A stretch of 64,000 nt of DNA from Prorocentrum cordatum (Eukaryota), in the NCBI GenBank assembly GCA_963575745.1, contig CAUYUJ010000270.1, positions 558,001 through 622,000 on the forward strand. Reading direction: 5' to 3'. Below, piece by piece: positions 1 through 11,883 of the stretch (position 1 is its first letter; the number at the start of each line of letters is the position of its first letter). The position numbers and the translations under genes were made by a program. The notes beneath the pieces are model-generated. The model made no database searches, had not been told where the DNA came from, and was given only the letters and a program-made list of their open reading frames with translations.

Positions 1-3000
1 GATCACTTTCCTAGCGGCCGAAGACACCCGCGCCTTTCGCAGCAGGGCGGCAGGAAACACGGGGTGCACCTCGAGGTCCGGCGGGGGGGGGTTCGGGCCG
101 CTGGTCCAAAGCCAGCGCCGCCGATTCCCACGTGGGGGTGGCCAGCGACCGAGCAGCCTGCAGCATGGGGGCGCCTGGGTGGCCCTCCAGGAGGACCATG
201 GGCCGCGCTCGCGCCAACGACGCCTTTTCCAAACATTTCGTTCCCAGGCGCATGGGCCAGCCACATTGGGCGACGACCGCTGCGCGGCGAAGTGGCGGCC
301 CCTGGTGGCACCCTAAAACACGCCTGCCCCAAGCCACCTGCAACTTATTCAAGGCTGATTCCGCGCTGGGCACAGCGGCCAGGAGCGGGGCAGCGTACAA
401 AACCACGGGTTCGACGCGAGCGGGGAGCTGCGCCGCGGCCTCTGGGATGGAAAAGCCCCCAGATTACGGCGCGTAGAGCAGCTTTCAAAAACAGCTATGC
501 CCGACGGCGACGATCTCGCGGAGCAGGGGTTCAAACGACAAGTCCGAACCCACTGACACTCCCAAGAGGACCTCGCGGTCCACCACCGGGCGGCTGGCGA
601 GGCTAGGATGGGGCGGCACCTTGGACTGGAAGAACGCACGTCTTGGACCTCTCTCGGAAGAAAAACGACTTAAACTTGCGCGCGCACCGACTGCACGCGG
701 ATTCTTCCTCAGGAGATAGGACCGCGCGCGCCGCCCCCACATGTGGGCAAGCTACCGTGAGGTCGTCGACGAACTGCGCAGGTGGCATGTGCAAGTCGCC
801 CGCGAGCTCCACCACCGCGGCTCTGTCCGCAAGGGCCGGGAGGGCACCGAGGCAGGTGGCCAGCGCGGCGTCGGCGCGCGGCCATGGCGGAGATTCGGAA
901 GCCGCCACCCGTAGCACCTCCTGCAGCAGTGCCGCCGCTGGGAGGGCCCTGTCCGGCATTGCCACCTCGGTGGCTGGGGGACAAGCCTCGACCGCTACTG
1001 CGAGAGCCCGCCTAGCCAGGCGCGGGGCAACGGCGGCGCACCCCCCAGGGACTGCGGCCGCGATCTCCACGGGCAGCGCTTTCAACTGCGCGTTGCAAAT
1101 GTGAACCGAGAAACGCCTGCCCTGGGCGGTGCCGCAACCGAGCGCGAAAACGGGCGACAACAGGTTGCGCAGGCCGATCGCCTGATGGTCTTGCGCCAAC
1201 ACGTCGTCCAAAATCAGCCAGTCCGACCCGCGCGCTCCTGCTTCAAAGACGCCGCAGAGCATTACATTAACTGAGGCGACGTCAAACGCCCACTTGTTGT
1301 CCGCGACAGCCCACCATGTTGGCAGGTCTTGCGCGGCCTGCAATTGGGTATTCATGATGAGAACAATAACCAACGACACAGTATCGCCCACCCCCCCTTG
1401 CTGGGATGGGCCACAGGCCTCTATCGGACGTCCGTCGCGGGCAATCCATGCCGCGTCCTGGACGGAGGCCATATCAGTCGTGAGCGAGATCGGCCGCAGC
1501 GACACAATCTTCCGGACAGTCGCCGGCCCTGACTTCTGGATGGAAGCAAAGTGGCGACGAGACCATGAGCGGGCCGTTACGCACAGTGCGCGACCAAGAT
1601 TGAGTAGCGCCCGCGTCAGGCGGAAGCCCTCCTCAACCTGGGCCCGCAAAGCTGCGTTGCACAAGTGCACCGTGCGCTTGCCTGGCTTGAGCAGGGACAA
1701 CGCCGCTTCGACCTCATGGTCGGCGCATGGTCGTCCTGGATACAGGGGTCCAGCCCCCGCCCCCGTGCTGCGGATGTTGGTGACCGTCTGTGCAAGGCCG
1801 TCCCTAGCCTCTGGGCACTATGGAAAATCGTTGTGGGCCCTGGAAAACAGATCGTCGCGGATCGCATCGATCATGCCGCTAGTGGACAGTGGACAAGGCT
1901 TGCCCAGGGATGGCATCCACTACCTACTGGGATGTCGAACTTCGCCGCCGACTTGAAAAGCCAGACAAAAAACGCTCGGCGGCGCCAGCGTTGGTTTCGC
2001 GGAGATCAAGGTACCGATGGACAGCTTTGCGTCTCTCCTGCCACGCCGCCGCTGATACTGCTCCCCGGAAAATCTCATGGGCCGGGCGAGCCGAAGGGTC
2101 AGGCCGGGGGCGCTGCGACGCATCTCTGATCCTACTGGCGAACCCCGTCGCACGGGTGGCTGAAGAGGCATGCCCCACCAATGCGTAGATCGCGTCACGC
2201 ATCCAGGCGGCGACATTGAGGACTGCCCGGCGCTATAGGCGGGTGGCCCCGCCCCCAAACCACGGTGGCCGGAGCCGCTGACAAAAGACGACCGTTTCAA
2301 TAGCAGTTACGAGTGCCTGTAGCGTGCTGGCCACTTCCCGAAGGCCAGTCTCCCACTCCCCGCCAGAAGCCCAGGCGACGCGCCCGAACCTGCCGACTCC
2401 TGAGCGGTTACCTGGCAAGGCACTTCGACCAACGCGGGCCTGTGGTCTGAGAGCCCGACGAATTCATCAACGACGTGCACTGGCAGCGGGTCGCGACGGA
2501 GGCCCAAAACAAATCAATACAAGTGCCAGAAGCGTGCGTAGGAGGTGGCGGGTTAAAGGCGCGCAGCCCGGCAGAGTCCAACCACTCCTGGATCTGTTTA
2601 TCCCTGGAGCGTTGGTGGCAACGCAGGCACCGGCATCGGGCGCCATGGGAGACGACGCAGTCCAGGTGGAGGTTCCCGCCCCCCCCACGAGGAGCCACGC
2701 GCGAAGGAACTCTGCGCGCACGACGCCTGCGCCGGCGACGATGGGCCCCCACGCGCCCAAGTCCCCGCCGTGAACGGGACACATGGCGCAAATTAACACT
2801 GAGGGCGCGTCGACCTGCCCGTGAGACCAGATCTCGTACCACTGCTCCCTTGAGGACGAAAACTCAGGGATGGGGCGAATGGCGCGCTCTAGCTCCGGTC
2901 TGATAAAAATGCCGACGGCGCCCCGCCCAGTGGATTCGGGGCCGAGCCAAAGGAAAGGGAAACCTCTGGGCAACAGAGCTCCGGCGGAGAAGCGCGACCC

Positions 3001-3180
3001 TGTCAAGATGCAATGATCCACGCCCGTTTCGTCCAGGGCATGGGCGACGGCCTCCAGCCGCCACTCCAAGCGTAGATCGCTACCTAACTGGAAGAAGCCG
3101 GAACGACCCGGATTGAGAACGGCGAAATAGGGTGGTGAGAGCGCGCGGAGGCAGCCAGCAAGGACGGTTCTGCACTTCCG
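1..3180 (-). mobile_element. Degenerate non-LTR retrotransposon (LINE) ORF2: APE-type endonuclease followed by reverse transcriptase; runs off the window start
   Basis: Frameshifted ORFs 2467-3447, 2408-2842 and 2307-2507 give APE motifs (GAVGIFI, PTHASGTCIDLFW, SDH). ORF 603-1700 gives non-LTR RT motifs (LRPISLT, ADNKWAFD, GTAQGRRFS, FVDDL). The endonuclease-then-RT order on the minus strand is as expected. Confidence 0.85.
603..1700 (-). pseudogene. Non-LTR reverse transcriptase domain fragment
   Basis: KSG..RPISL (motifs 1-2), D..KWAFD (motif 3), G..QG...S (motif 4) and QFVDDL (catalytic motif 5) occur in order; flanked by frameshifts. Confidence 0.85.
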
Positions 3181-4564
3181 CCTGGCGCTACAGATTGCAA
3201 AATCCCCCTGACAAAAAGGTGGCGCCACGGCCGGGGGCTTCGCCGCCCTGGCGGTCAGCGTCGGCACCACCTCCCGACGAAGGAGCGCGTTGGCGGCAGC
3301 GCAGAGCGCCCATGACGGATCTGCCACCGCCCCCACATGCTGGCGAATCCCAGGGGAGACGGTGGGCGCCAGGTCAACCATCATCGCAGCCCCCCAGGGG
3401 GCGCCCCACCAGTTTGGGCCACCGAGTGACGGCGAATGCAAAACCATCCCAACTACCCCCCCCCCCCCCCCCTACACAGCTAACGTGCGACGACGGCGAC
3501 AGCGCCGACGACGACGACGACGACGACAACGACGAGGGGGAGGGGGAGGAGAGAGCGAGCGAGCGAGCGACCACCATTGCGAACAAGCGTCTGGGCGAAG
3601 CTAAGACCCGGTGGAAGAGGCCGCGGCCTCTGGAAAAACGGGCTCGGAAAGAAACGCATCACTCAAGGGTTTTTTCCGGCCGCAAGAAGTCTTGCGGCCG
3701 GAGAAGATTCTGGTCGGACTGGGGGCGCCAGCGGACGCTGAAACTGCAATTGAAGAGCAAGAGCTAGGGAGGACGTCGCTCGATGAGGGGCGGGAGGGGG
3801 GAACGGGGGGGGGGGGGGGCGCAACGGGGAACAAGAAGGAATACATGACGACAACAGGACATGATCAACTCAAAGCCGGAGCATGGCAGGACTGAAAATG
3901 TGGAGCAGGGCAATGCATCGGAATCCAACCCGCGTGGCGCGCATCCCAACCGCGAGGCTAGACAACGCATCGCGACTGCGAAGCACTATTAACACCGCAA
4001 GCGCAAATCCACGCGAGGCGCATCACGACCGTGAAGCAGGACAATAACTCGCAACACGTCTGTGAATCATAAGTAAAGCAATGCGGTGAGGCAGGGGCGG
4101 CATGCGAAATGATCAAACAGTGAGAGACGCAACCCGCCCGCATCACGACTGCGAAGCACATGCAACAACGAGGCAGACGCGCATGCAGACAGTCGGGCAG
4201 CAAACGAAGTGCCGGGGCAGGGGCGAGCGCAGCCTGACCGCATCACGACTGAACCAGGAGCAAAGAGACCCCCTAGGGCGAACCACGATGCGAGCAATTG
4301 GACACAATCGAGACAGAGAGATACCGCGCCTGCTTCGGTTTTTTCATACCCCCAACGCTTCGCGCTTCCAGGCCGCCGCTCCGGGATGCGCCGCAAGGTA
4401 AAAGATAGACCCATAAGCCGCGCGGCCCCTGGTCGACGGTGACGACGCGAAAGGGGCAGAGAAAAGGGCGGTGGGGAGAGACGAACCGCGACGGCCCCTG
4501 CGGCGGCGCGACGGGCTGGACGCCCGCGCCCGCGGCCGACGCCGTAACGTACCACGCAGCGCGC

Positions 4565-5960
4565 CTAGTCAAGCAATTCCCTCGCTTTAAAGATGACCCG
4601 CGGCCGCGCGCCCAGCCCAAGTGCCCGGGCGGGAGCCGCCGCCGACTTGACGTCGATGGGGTCGCCAAGGAACAGCAGGAGCTCGTCTGGGCGCGTCTCG
4701 AACGCACCTCGCCTGCCTTTGGCGAGAGCTTGCCCTAGTTTCCTGCTCTCGACCTGTGCCGTGAGCTTGACAGTTGGCCCTACTTTCCAAGTAATCTCCA
4801 CGCCAGGCTGGTTAGTGCAACCAACCGGGAAAGCGTAGGGAGGGGGGGCGAGGGCCAGCTTGCCCTTTGCGGGAGCAGCCGTAAGCACTGCGCCCATGGC
4901 CTGTGCAAGCTTGTATAAATCCGCTTGGGAATGGCATGTCGCACTAAACACCGCGGCCATGGAGACGCGCGCGTCCGTGGAGTCTCCAACTAACTCACGG
5001 ACGCGATTGTGCCATGCCCCCACCGCGGCGTTGAGTTCAGACCTATGCAGGAAGCGGCGGAGCGCCATGACCTCGGCTTTTGCCCGGGCCGTCTGCTCTG
5101 CGGGGGGGGCGGCCTGGGGCGAGGGAGGGGTCGGCTGGCCCGCGGAGGCCGATTGAGTCGGCGGGCGCCCGCCTCCCGACCTGTTGAATGCAAGCTGCAG
5201 CGTGTTGGGGCCTGGTTGTGGGGCCTTAAACGGCCTGCGGTGGCATTCGCGGCGGCATCGGCCATTGGCGGGAAAGCCTGGCTGGCCCCGCGGGGCAAAT
5301 GGGCAGGGGCATCGTATCCGTTCCGCACCCTTAGCAGCGCTTCCGACAGCGAGCTAATCAACCTCGGCTGTCCAAGCGGAAATCTCAGACGGTTCCTCAT
5401 TGGAGGCGATGCCCGCAACCGGGTTGAACCACAAGACGGCGCCCGTGGCAGACACGAACTCCTGCCACGGCGGGCGCGACGTCTGGACGGCGTCCAACTG
5501 TAGCTTGATCTGCCCAACCTTCGCTTCCCAGGCGGCCCAACCCGCGCTCCCCTGCGGGGGGGCGCTGCCAGGCACGCTCCGCTGCGCCGCCGGAAACTCC
5601 ACCTCCAGGGAGCCTGGGTCATCCCAGCGCGTCTGGCCTTTCACCCGGTTTTGATAATAAATTGCCCCAGCGGGCGACCTGCGCGACCCCCAACCCACCG
5701 GAGGCTGAGGGGGCGAGCCAGGCGGAGGACCTGGGGAGGAAGGGGAAGCTGGGGTCAAGCGTGCACGCTTTGTTGAAACCGCTTGCCAGACCCCCGGCGG
5801 GGGCTCCAATGACGCGGCCGCGCCGGACGGCGCGCTCGCATTTCTAGGCGGGGGCGGCGGGGGCGGCGGCGGTGGCGGCGGCGTGTCAAAAGGAGATCGC
5901 GCCGCGGCTGCAACGCCGGCTGGCTGGCCCTGCGGTTGATCCGCCTCGATCAGCTGACCT
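4565..5960 (-). pseudogene. Fragmented ORF1-like region with two WW domains and a Pro-rich linker, upstream of and co-oriented with the LINE ORF2
   Basis: PPVGWGSRRSPAGAIYYQNRVKGQTRWDDP (~5615-5704) fits the WW consensus. PPWQEFVSATGAVLWFNPVAGIASNEEP (~5390-5473) is a second, weaker WW. ORF 4565-5068 continues as complex globular-looking sequence. Confidence 0.6.
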
Positions 5961-7214
5961 AGGTGTTGGGCTAAGCGCCCCTCGCTCTCGCTGGGCGCCC
6001 TCGCCGACGCCTGGCCGCAGGCTGTGCTCGCTGGACTCGTCGGCGACGCTGACGCCCCGGGGTCGGCGGGGCGCTTGGCGCGCGAGCGCGCCCGTGGCCG
6101 GTCGGGGAGCTCACGTCCGCCACTTCGGGTCGTGCTGGCTGGGAACACTGACGGAAGTGGTGCCTCGTCCTCGGCCGGGCGCCCGGCGCGCGATCGCCCC
6201 CTTGGCCGGTCACAGCGGTTCCTTTTCGGAACTCCGGGAGGTGTCGCGGCGCCGCCGCCGCCGCCTCGAGCGAGACCGTTGCCCCCCCATCCCTTCGACT
6301 GCATCGGTCGGTGGCCCGACCCCGCGAGAGAAATACTGCCGCTAGAGCCCGATGGCCGAGAGCCAAGAAGGTGCGAATGCAAACAAATGTTGGTGTTCAG
6401 CGACGCGCGCGCGCCCCACGATGCACCCCGTGCAATGCGCTACAAAACAACATCGCCATGTTGGCACGCGACAAAACAAAAGCACGCTAAACCTCTAGAG
6501 CGCCCCTGGGACATGCCCTCAAACTGCCGCGAATGCGTCGCGCTACCGCCCCACGAAATCAACCCCTACCGCGTCGAACGCACGCGCCCACGCACACCCA
6601 CGCACACATGAGAACGCATAGCAGAACCCCTCGCTCACAATGCCCGAATGATGAAAGAGAATACATGCAGAAACACACGCATGCACAAAGCTTAAAGACG
6701 GGGGCACAACGACATGCTGCACTTCCCCCCTGCTTCAGCAATGCCAGCCCACCTCAACTGCTTCCCCCTCCCCAATTCTCCGCGACCATGCCCGGGGGGG
6801 GGGGGGGGGGCGAGGGGAAGGCGAAACAAGGAATATATAATAAAGTCCAAAAAGATGCGCACCAATGGCGCCATGGGGCGCCTTCCCTCGCGAGCGCCGG
6901 GGAACCCCAGCCCCGCAACCTCGGGCGCCCGGCGCTCTGCCCGAGGGGGGGTCCCGACGTCGACTGTCTCCAGCTACCTACCCGCAGCTTCCGCCCAGGC
7001 TGCCCCTCCAACATCCAACTTCCCCACTGCTACCCTGGAAATATGGACGGCGCTCGCTCCTCTAGGACTCCACCGAGACCTGGACAGCCAACGACCCCCC
7101 AGGCGCCCCATGGTTTGTAGATGCCCGGCCCATGGCGCCAACCCCCCTCCGGCCCTAGGGCGAGGGGAGGGGGGCGCCCGCCCGTCCCCCCGCCCTTGAC
7201 TTGAGCCTCACTTG

Positions 7215-7236
7215 CTTGAGCCAAAATGGCTACGGC
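7215..7236 (-). other. Full-length dinoflagellate spliced-leader (DinoSL) sequence, relic type
   Basis: Minus strand reads GCCGTAGCCATTTTGGCTCAAG, an exact match to DCCGTAGCCATTTTGGCTCAAG. It is followed by CAAG rather than the GT of an SL RNA gene. A second partial GGCTCAAG lies at 7200-7207. Confidence 0.95.
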
Positions 7237-7320
7237 GCGCCAGGGCGCCCGCGCTGCACCAGCTCGGCCTCGCACGCGGACAGAACCAGCAAATCAAATC
7301 ACAAAAAAAAAAAAAAAAAA

Positions 7321-8515
7321 CGATCAGGAGCCCTAGGCTCACGCCCGCCATCAGCACAGTCAGGTTCACGTAGTAGCCCTCAGTCGCGACTCCCAGCGCG
7401 GTCACTGGAGTCAGCGCACTCTCGTCCACCTCCCGCGGTGCCTCGCGCAGCTCGGTCGAGCCCCCCTGCGCCGCTACGGGGATCGACGCGGCCACTACGA
7501 GCAACGCCTTCAGCAGGTTCGACTGGGCCTGGAAGTCGGTCGGCATGGCCCCGACTGCAGCAACCCTCGAGGCCCCTGGCACGGGCGCCTCCTTCAGCCC
7601 GCAGCTCCCACGGAGCCACTCAGGGCGAGCCCTCGGCAACGCCTTCGCGCCGAGATCCGCCAGGTTGTTCTCACCGCCCACGGGCGCGATGGCGATGACC
7701 TTCTTGGCCACCAGCTGCTGGATCCAGAGCGTCCTGGTGACAAGGTGCTTGATCCGCCCAGCGCCCTGGCGCCTCGCCAGCGCTCTCGCGCTCGAGCTGT
7801 CGCACCGCCAGCTCGTGCGCACGCTGTAGCCCGCGCATGTGAAGAGCGCCCTCAGCCCAAGCCCCTCGCTGAGACCTCGAGCCCCAGCGCGCCACTCGGC
7901 TTCGAAGCTGCTAAGGGACCGCGCGTCTGGACGACAGCTCTTCCCGAACATTGGGCACCCGCGCGCGGCGATGTGCGCGCTGGTCTGGCACTTCCTCTCC
8001 TTCGCGTCGCCCGCCCAATCGGGGTCTGTCCGCGCAACCAAGTCGAGGATGTCCTGCAGCGCGGTGGGCCTGGCCATCCTCGCGCCCAGGATCCTGGTGC
8101 CCCTCATGTACCTTGCCAGCCTCTTGAGGGCTCGCATGTCCGCCTCGCGGGGCGATGAGATGCACCAGTTCAGGTAGTTGATGTCGAACTGGGCACCCAC
8201 GCGGTCGTGCAAGTAGAACAGCACGCACACGGTCACGCTCCTGAACAGCGTAGCCTCGTCTGGGCCGAGGTCGGGCGCGCCATCTCTGCCCGCCCTGCGC
8301 GCCTCCACCCCCGGGGTGGCGCACGGGTCGGCCTCCTCGAGGCCCAGCGCCTCCAGCGCCTTCGCGAGGTGCTTCTCGTCGGGCTGGCGGCGTCGGCCTC
8401 TCGCGCGCGCCGCCCCCTGAGAAACTCAGAGTTGGCGCCGTCGCCCTGCAGGCCTGACCACTTCACCTCGATGTCACGGCCCAGGCCCAGCATTAAGAGG
8501 CGCCCCTCAAGCTCC
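7321..8515 (-). mobile_element. Ty1/Copia retrotransposon, 3' part of pol (RT C-terminus and RNase H), degenerate
   Basis: ORF 7208-8308: ALKRLARYMRGT, TDPDWAGD, SLSSFEAE, CDSSSARAL, GRIKHL..RTLWIQQ and GENNLADLGAKAL are Copia RNase HI-type motifs. Confidence 0.92.
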
Positions 8516-9194
8516 TCTCTGGGAAATGCTGAAAACATTATTTATGCTCCAATTGATGCTCACGGGTGATGCTCGCGCGGGTTCCGCGCAATTTGACGAT
8601 GCTCCGAAAAATGCTCGCGCGGGTTCGGCGCAATTGGACGATGCTCCGAGAAATGCTCGCGCGGTTTTCGCGTTCGTTCGGTTTCGGACGCGTTTTGAAG
8701 ATCCCTCCATCGCCGGCGCCGACGCCGACGCCGCGCCGACGCCGGCGCCGCCGACGACGGCGACGACGCCGACGCCGACGCGGGGTTTCGGGTTTCGGAT
8801 TTCGGCGCCGACGGCGCCGACGGCGCCGCCGCCGCCGCCGCCATTAACTCATATTACGGAGGAAGGAGTCGATAATCTATGGCCAGTCTACAGGACTTGT
8901 ATTGAACCTAGAACCTTGGTCTCCAATCTAAGCTCTAAGTTCTAGATAGCTCGATAGCTACATAGGTTATTCGATATTGGCTATTCGGTTATAAGTTATA
9001 CGATGCCCAATAATCCCACAAACTATCGAGCTATAGAGTATAGCGTAGAGCTGGAAGCTGGAAGCTGGAGAGCTGGACCCAGCGATGCAACGCGCTAGGA
9101 GCTTGGAAGCCTGCACGGCTGCATCCTATTGACGAATGATTAATGCCTGATGGTGGCCCCCTACTCCCTAGTTCCCTACCTGAAGAACCCCCCA

Positions 9195-9240
9195 GGCCCC
9201 TAGGCCCTAGGCCCTAGGCCCTAAGCCCTAGCCCTAAATT
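9195..9240. repeat. Telomere-like 7-mer array (CCCTAGG/CCCTAAG/CCCTAAA)
   Basis: Direct reading; related arrays at ~9846-9945, ~18010-18245 and ~18625-18725. Confidence 0.7.
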
Positions 9241-9278
9241 TCTAATCCTATAATTATTAAATCCTGACTACTACAAAA

Positions 9279-9640
9279 CCGGCCCCCGTTGCGTTCCGCC
9301 TTCATCTACAACAAATAATAGCATTTGCTGAGCATGCGTGCAGAATCTCTTGTATTTTACACTACAAGGTGCCCGGCCCCCGTTGCGAGCCCGTTATGTA
9401 AACCCGGTCCATCTACTCAAAAATAGCATTTGCTGAGCATGCGTGCAGAATCTCTTGTATCTTACATTGCAAAGTGCCCGGCCCCCGTTGCGTTCCGCCT
9501 TCGTCTACGGCAAAAAATAGCACTTCCTGCGCATGCGTGCAGAATCTCATGTATTTTACAATACAAAGTGCCTTCCGTTGCGACCCGATCAACCGATTCC
9601 ATAAGATAGCGTTTCCTGCGCATGCGTGCAGAACCTCTTC
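9279..9640. repeat. Tandem ~90-100-bp repeat, about 4 copies (GGCCCCCGTTGCG...AATAGCATTT...GCATGCGTGCAGAATCTC)
   Basis: GCATGCGTGCAGAA recurs at ~9332, 9437, 9531 and 9620. Confidence 0.85.
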
Positions 9641-10074
9641 CGCCCGACCCGACTCCTCCCGCCCGTTACAGCACTCGCGTGCCCACTGGATCGCACATCT
9701 GTCGTCGCCGTCGTCGTCGTCGTCGTCGACGCTGTCTTCGATGTGGTTCTAACGAAGGGAAAGATGATCTTTATGGTGGGGTGGCGTGCGGGTGGGACTG
9801 ACGGCCACCGCAGGTGGGTTCGCGGTCACGTTGTACTCGTGGCCACGCCTAGTAGGCCCTAGGCCCTAAGCCCTCGACCCCTAGGCCCTAGGCCCTAGGC
9901 CCTAGGAGGCCCTGGGCCCTTGGCCCTCAGCCCTAAGCCATAAGCCCTCGGCGGGGGCTGCAGGACGTAGGACGTCGGACCGTAGGCCATAGGACCGTAG
10001 GACCGTAGGACCATAGGCCATAGGCCATAGGCCGTAGGACAGCAGGACCATAGGCCATATAAGGCCATAGGCCA

Positions 10075-10518
10075 TCGGCCCCCCTGGGTGGACTTTGCCA
10101 AAACCGGGAGCATGCAGCTTGCGACCCCCCCCCCCCTGGGGCCCTGATGGGGGCAAGGCGCTGCATGTTGCAAAAATCTGAAGCCTGCGACCCCCCTGGG
10201 GAGGGCGGGATTTTGCAAAAATCTGCAGCCTGCGACCGTGCGACCCTGCGACCCCCCTGAGGGGACTTTGCAAAAATCTGAAACCTGAAGCCTGAAGCCT
10301 GCGACACCCTTTGGGGGGGGGGGGATTTTGCATTTTGCACTTTTCAAAATCTGGAGCCCGCGACCCCCCTGGGGGGATTTTAATCTAGAGCCCGCGACCC
10401 CCCTGGGGGGACTTTGCAAAAATCTGCAGCCTGCGACCCCTCTGGAGGGGGACTTTGCAAACCCCCTGAGGCCCTGGGGGGACTTTCTGCAAAAATCTGA
10501 AGCCTGCGCCCCCCCCTT
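10075..10518. repeat. ~40-bp satellite (GCGACCCCCCTGGGGGGACTTTGCAAAAATCTGAAGCCT), left block
   Basis: Repeated TTTGCAAAAATCTG core; the same satellite resumes in the same orientation at 16715-17470. Confidence 0.9.
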
Positions 10519-10583
10519 GGTGTGTGTGTGTGTGTATGTGTGTGTGTGTGTGGGTGTGTGTGGGTGTGTGTGGGTGTGTGTGG

Positions 10584-10614
<31 letters not shown>

Positions 10615-10941
10615 TGTGTGGTGTGTGTGTGTGTGTGTGTGTGGGTGTGTGTGGGTGTGTGGGTGTGTGTGGGTGTGTGTGGGTGTGTGTGGGTGTGTGT
10701 GGGTGTGTGTGGGTGTGTGTGGGTGTGTGTGGGTGTGTGTGGGTGTGTGGGTGTGGGTGTGGGTGTGTGGTGTGTGTGTGTGTGTGTGGGTGTGTGTGTG
10801 TGTGTGCGTGTGCGTGTGCGTGTGCGTGTGCGTGTGCGTGTGGTGTGCGTGTGCGTGTGCGTGTGCGTGTGCGTGTGCGTGTGCGTGTGCGTGTGCGTGT
10901 GCGTGTGCGTGTGCGTGTGCGTGTGCGTGTGTGTGTGTGCT
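10519..10941. repeat. (GT)n/(GTGTGC)n microsatellite, left flank of the Penelope-like element
   Basis: Direct reading. Confidence 0.97.
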
Positions 10942-11883
10942 TGTGTTCTCCAAGGCGATGTATGGGATGCAGGTCGTGGTGAGGCTGGCGGTAGGCGTCG
11001 GCCTTCGTCCCCGATCTGTTTTCCTTGCACCGCCGAGCCGCTTGGGGGTTCGATCTGAAACCGAAGGGCCGCCGCCGCTTTCTTGAGCGTCCATGCGAGA
11101 AGAGCGGCTCCCCTGGGGCTCGACCGCGAGCCGCGCGCGCCTACGAAAAGAATGTGCGCCCCTCCGCGCTGGGAACTGATACAGGGCAATAGCGTCAGAC
11201 TCGACTGTGAGAGTAAAGTCGCCATCGGCAAATCCTGTCCGAGCGGGCGTCGGGCACGCACCTGAGTGGAGTAGGATGGTTCGGGTTCTCAAGGGGGAAA
11301 GGGGGGGTGCACCCGCGCCCAACTACAGACCTCCCAAGGTCGGGGCTAAGCACACTGACAGTGCCACAAAACACTGAACCCAACGGAGCACGAGAGACGT
11401 CAACGGCCCAAGCGAGGCAATCCCCACCAAGGGATTTTTGGGAGCGGGGGGGAGGGAAGAGAGAGAGCGAGGAGAGGCGAGGAGAGGAGGGGAGAGGAGA
11501 GGAGAGGAGAGGGGACCAAAAAAGAAAAACCAACCTTGGTTATCGGCCTAGAGCGGTCCTGACAGCTGCTCTCACTCCCTTCTGGTTGACCCCAAGGGCG
11601 GAAACACCTGCCACCAGACTACCTGCCATATTTTGTGAGAAGGTCGGGAACAAAAGCGGCGACGCCTGCCCGTTGAGCACACGATATTCGTAGAAAATCG
11701 CGGATGCAAGCTCTGATACAGGCGACCCGCCGCCGACTGAAGTACATGAAGAAGATCAAACAATCAGCCCTAGGATAAAGATCAGCATATACAACACGAA
11801 CTGATTCTTCACAAAAAAGAGTGCCCCACCTCTGGAAAATAAATCTCAGCCTCACACATGTCTAAGAGATTCTCCGCGGTTTC

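Noticed and set aside
7208..7500. Hydrophobic, env- or TM-like tail on the Copia RNase H ORF
   Set aside because: The poly-Phe stretch comes from the poly-A/T run at 7304-7320, where the element appears truncated; no 3' LTR matching the 24687+ region was found.
9195..9945. True telomere or chromosome-fusion site
   Set aside because: Arrays are short, degenerate variants internal to a TIR element, without head-to-head TTTAGGG/CCCTAAA blocks.
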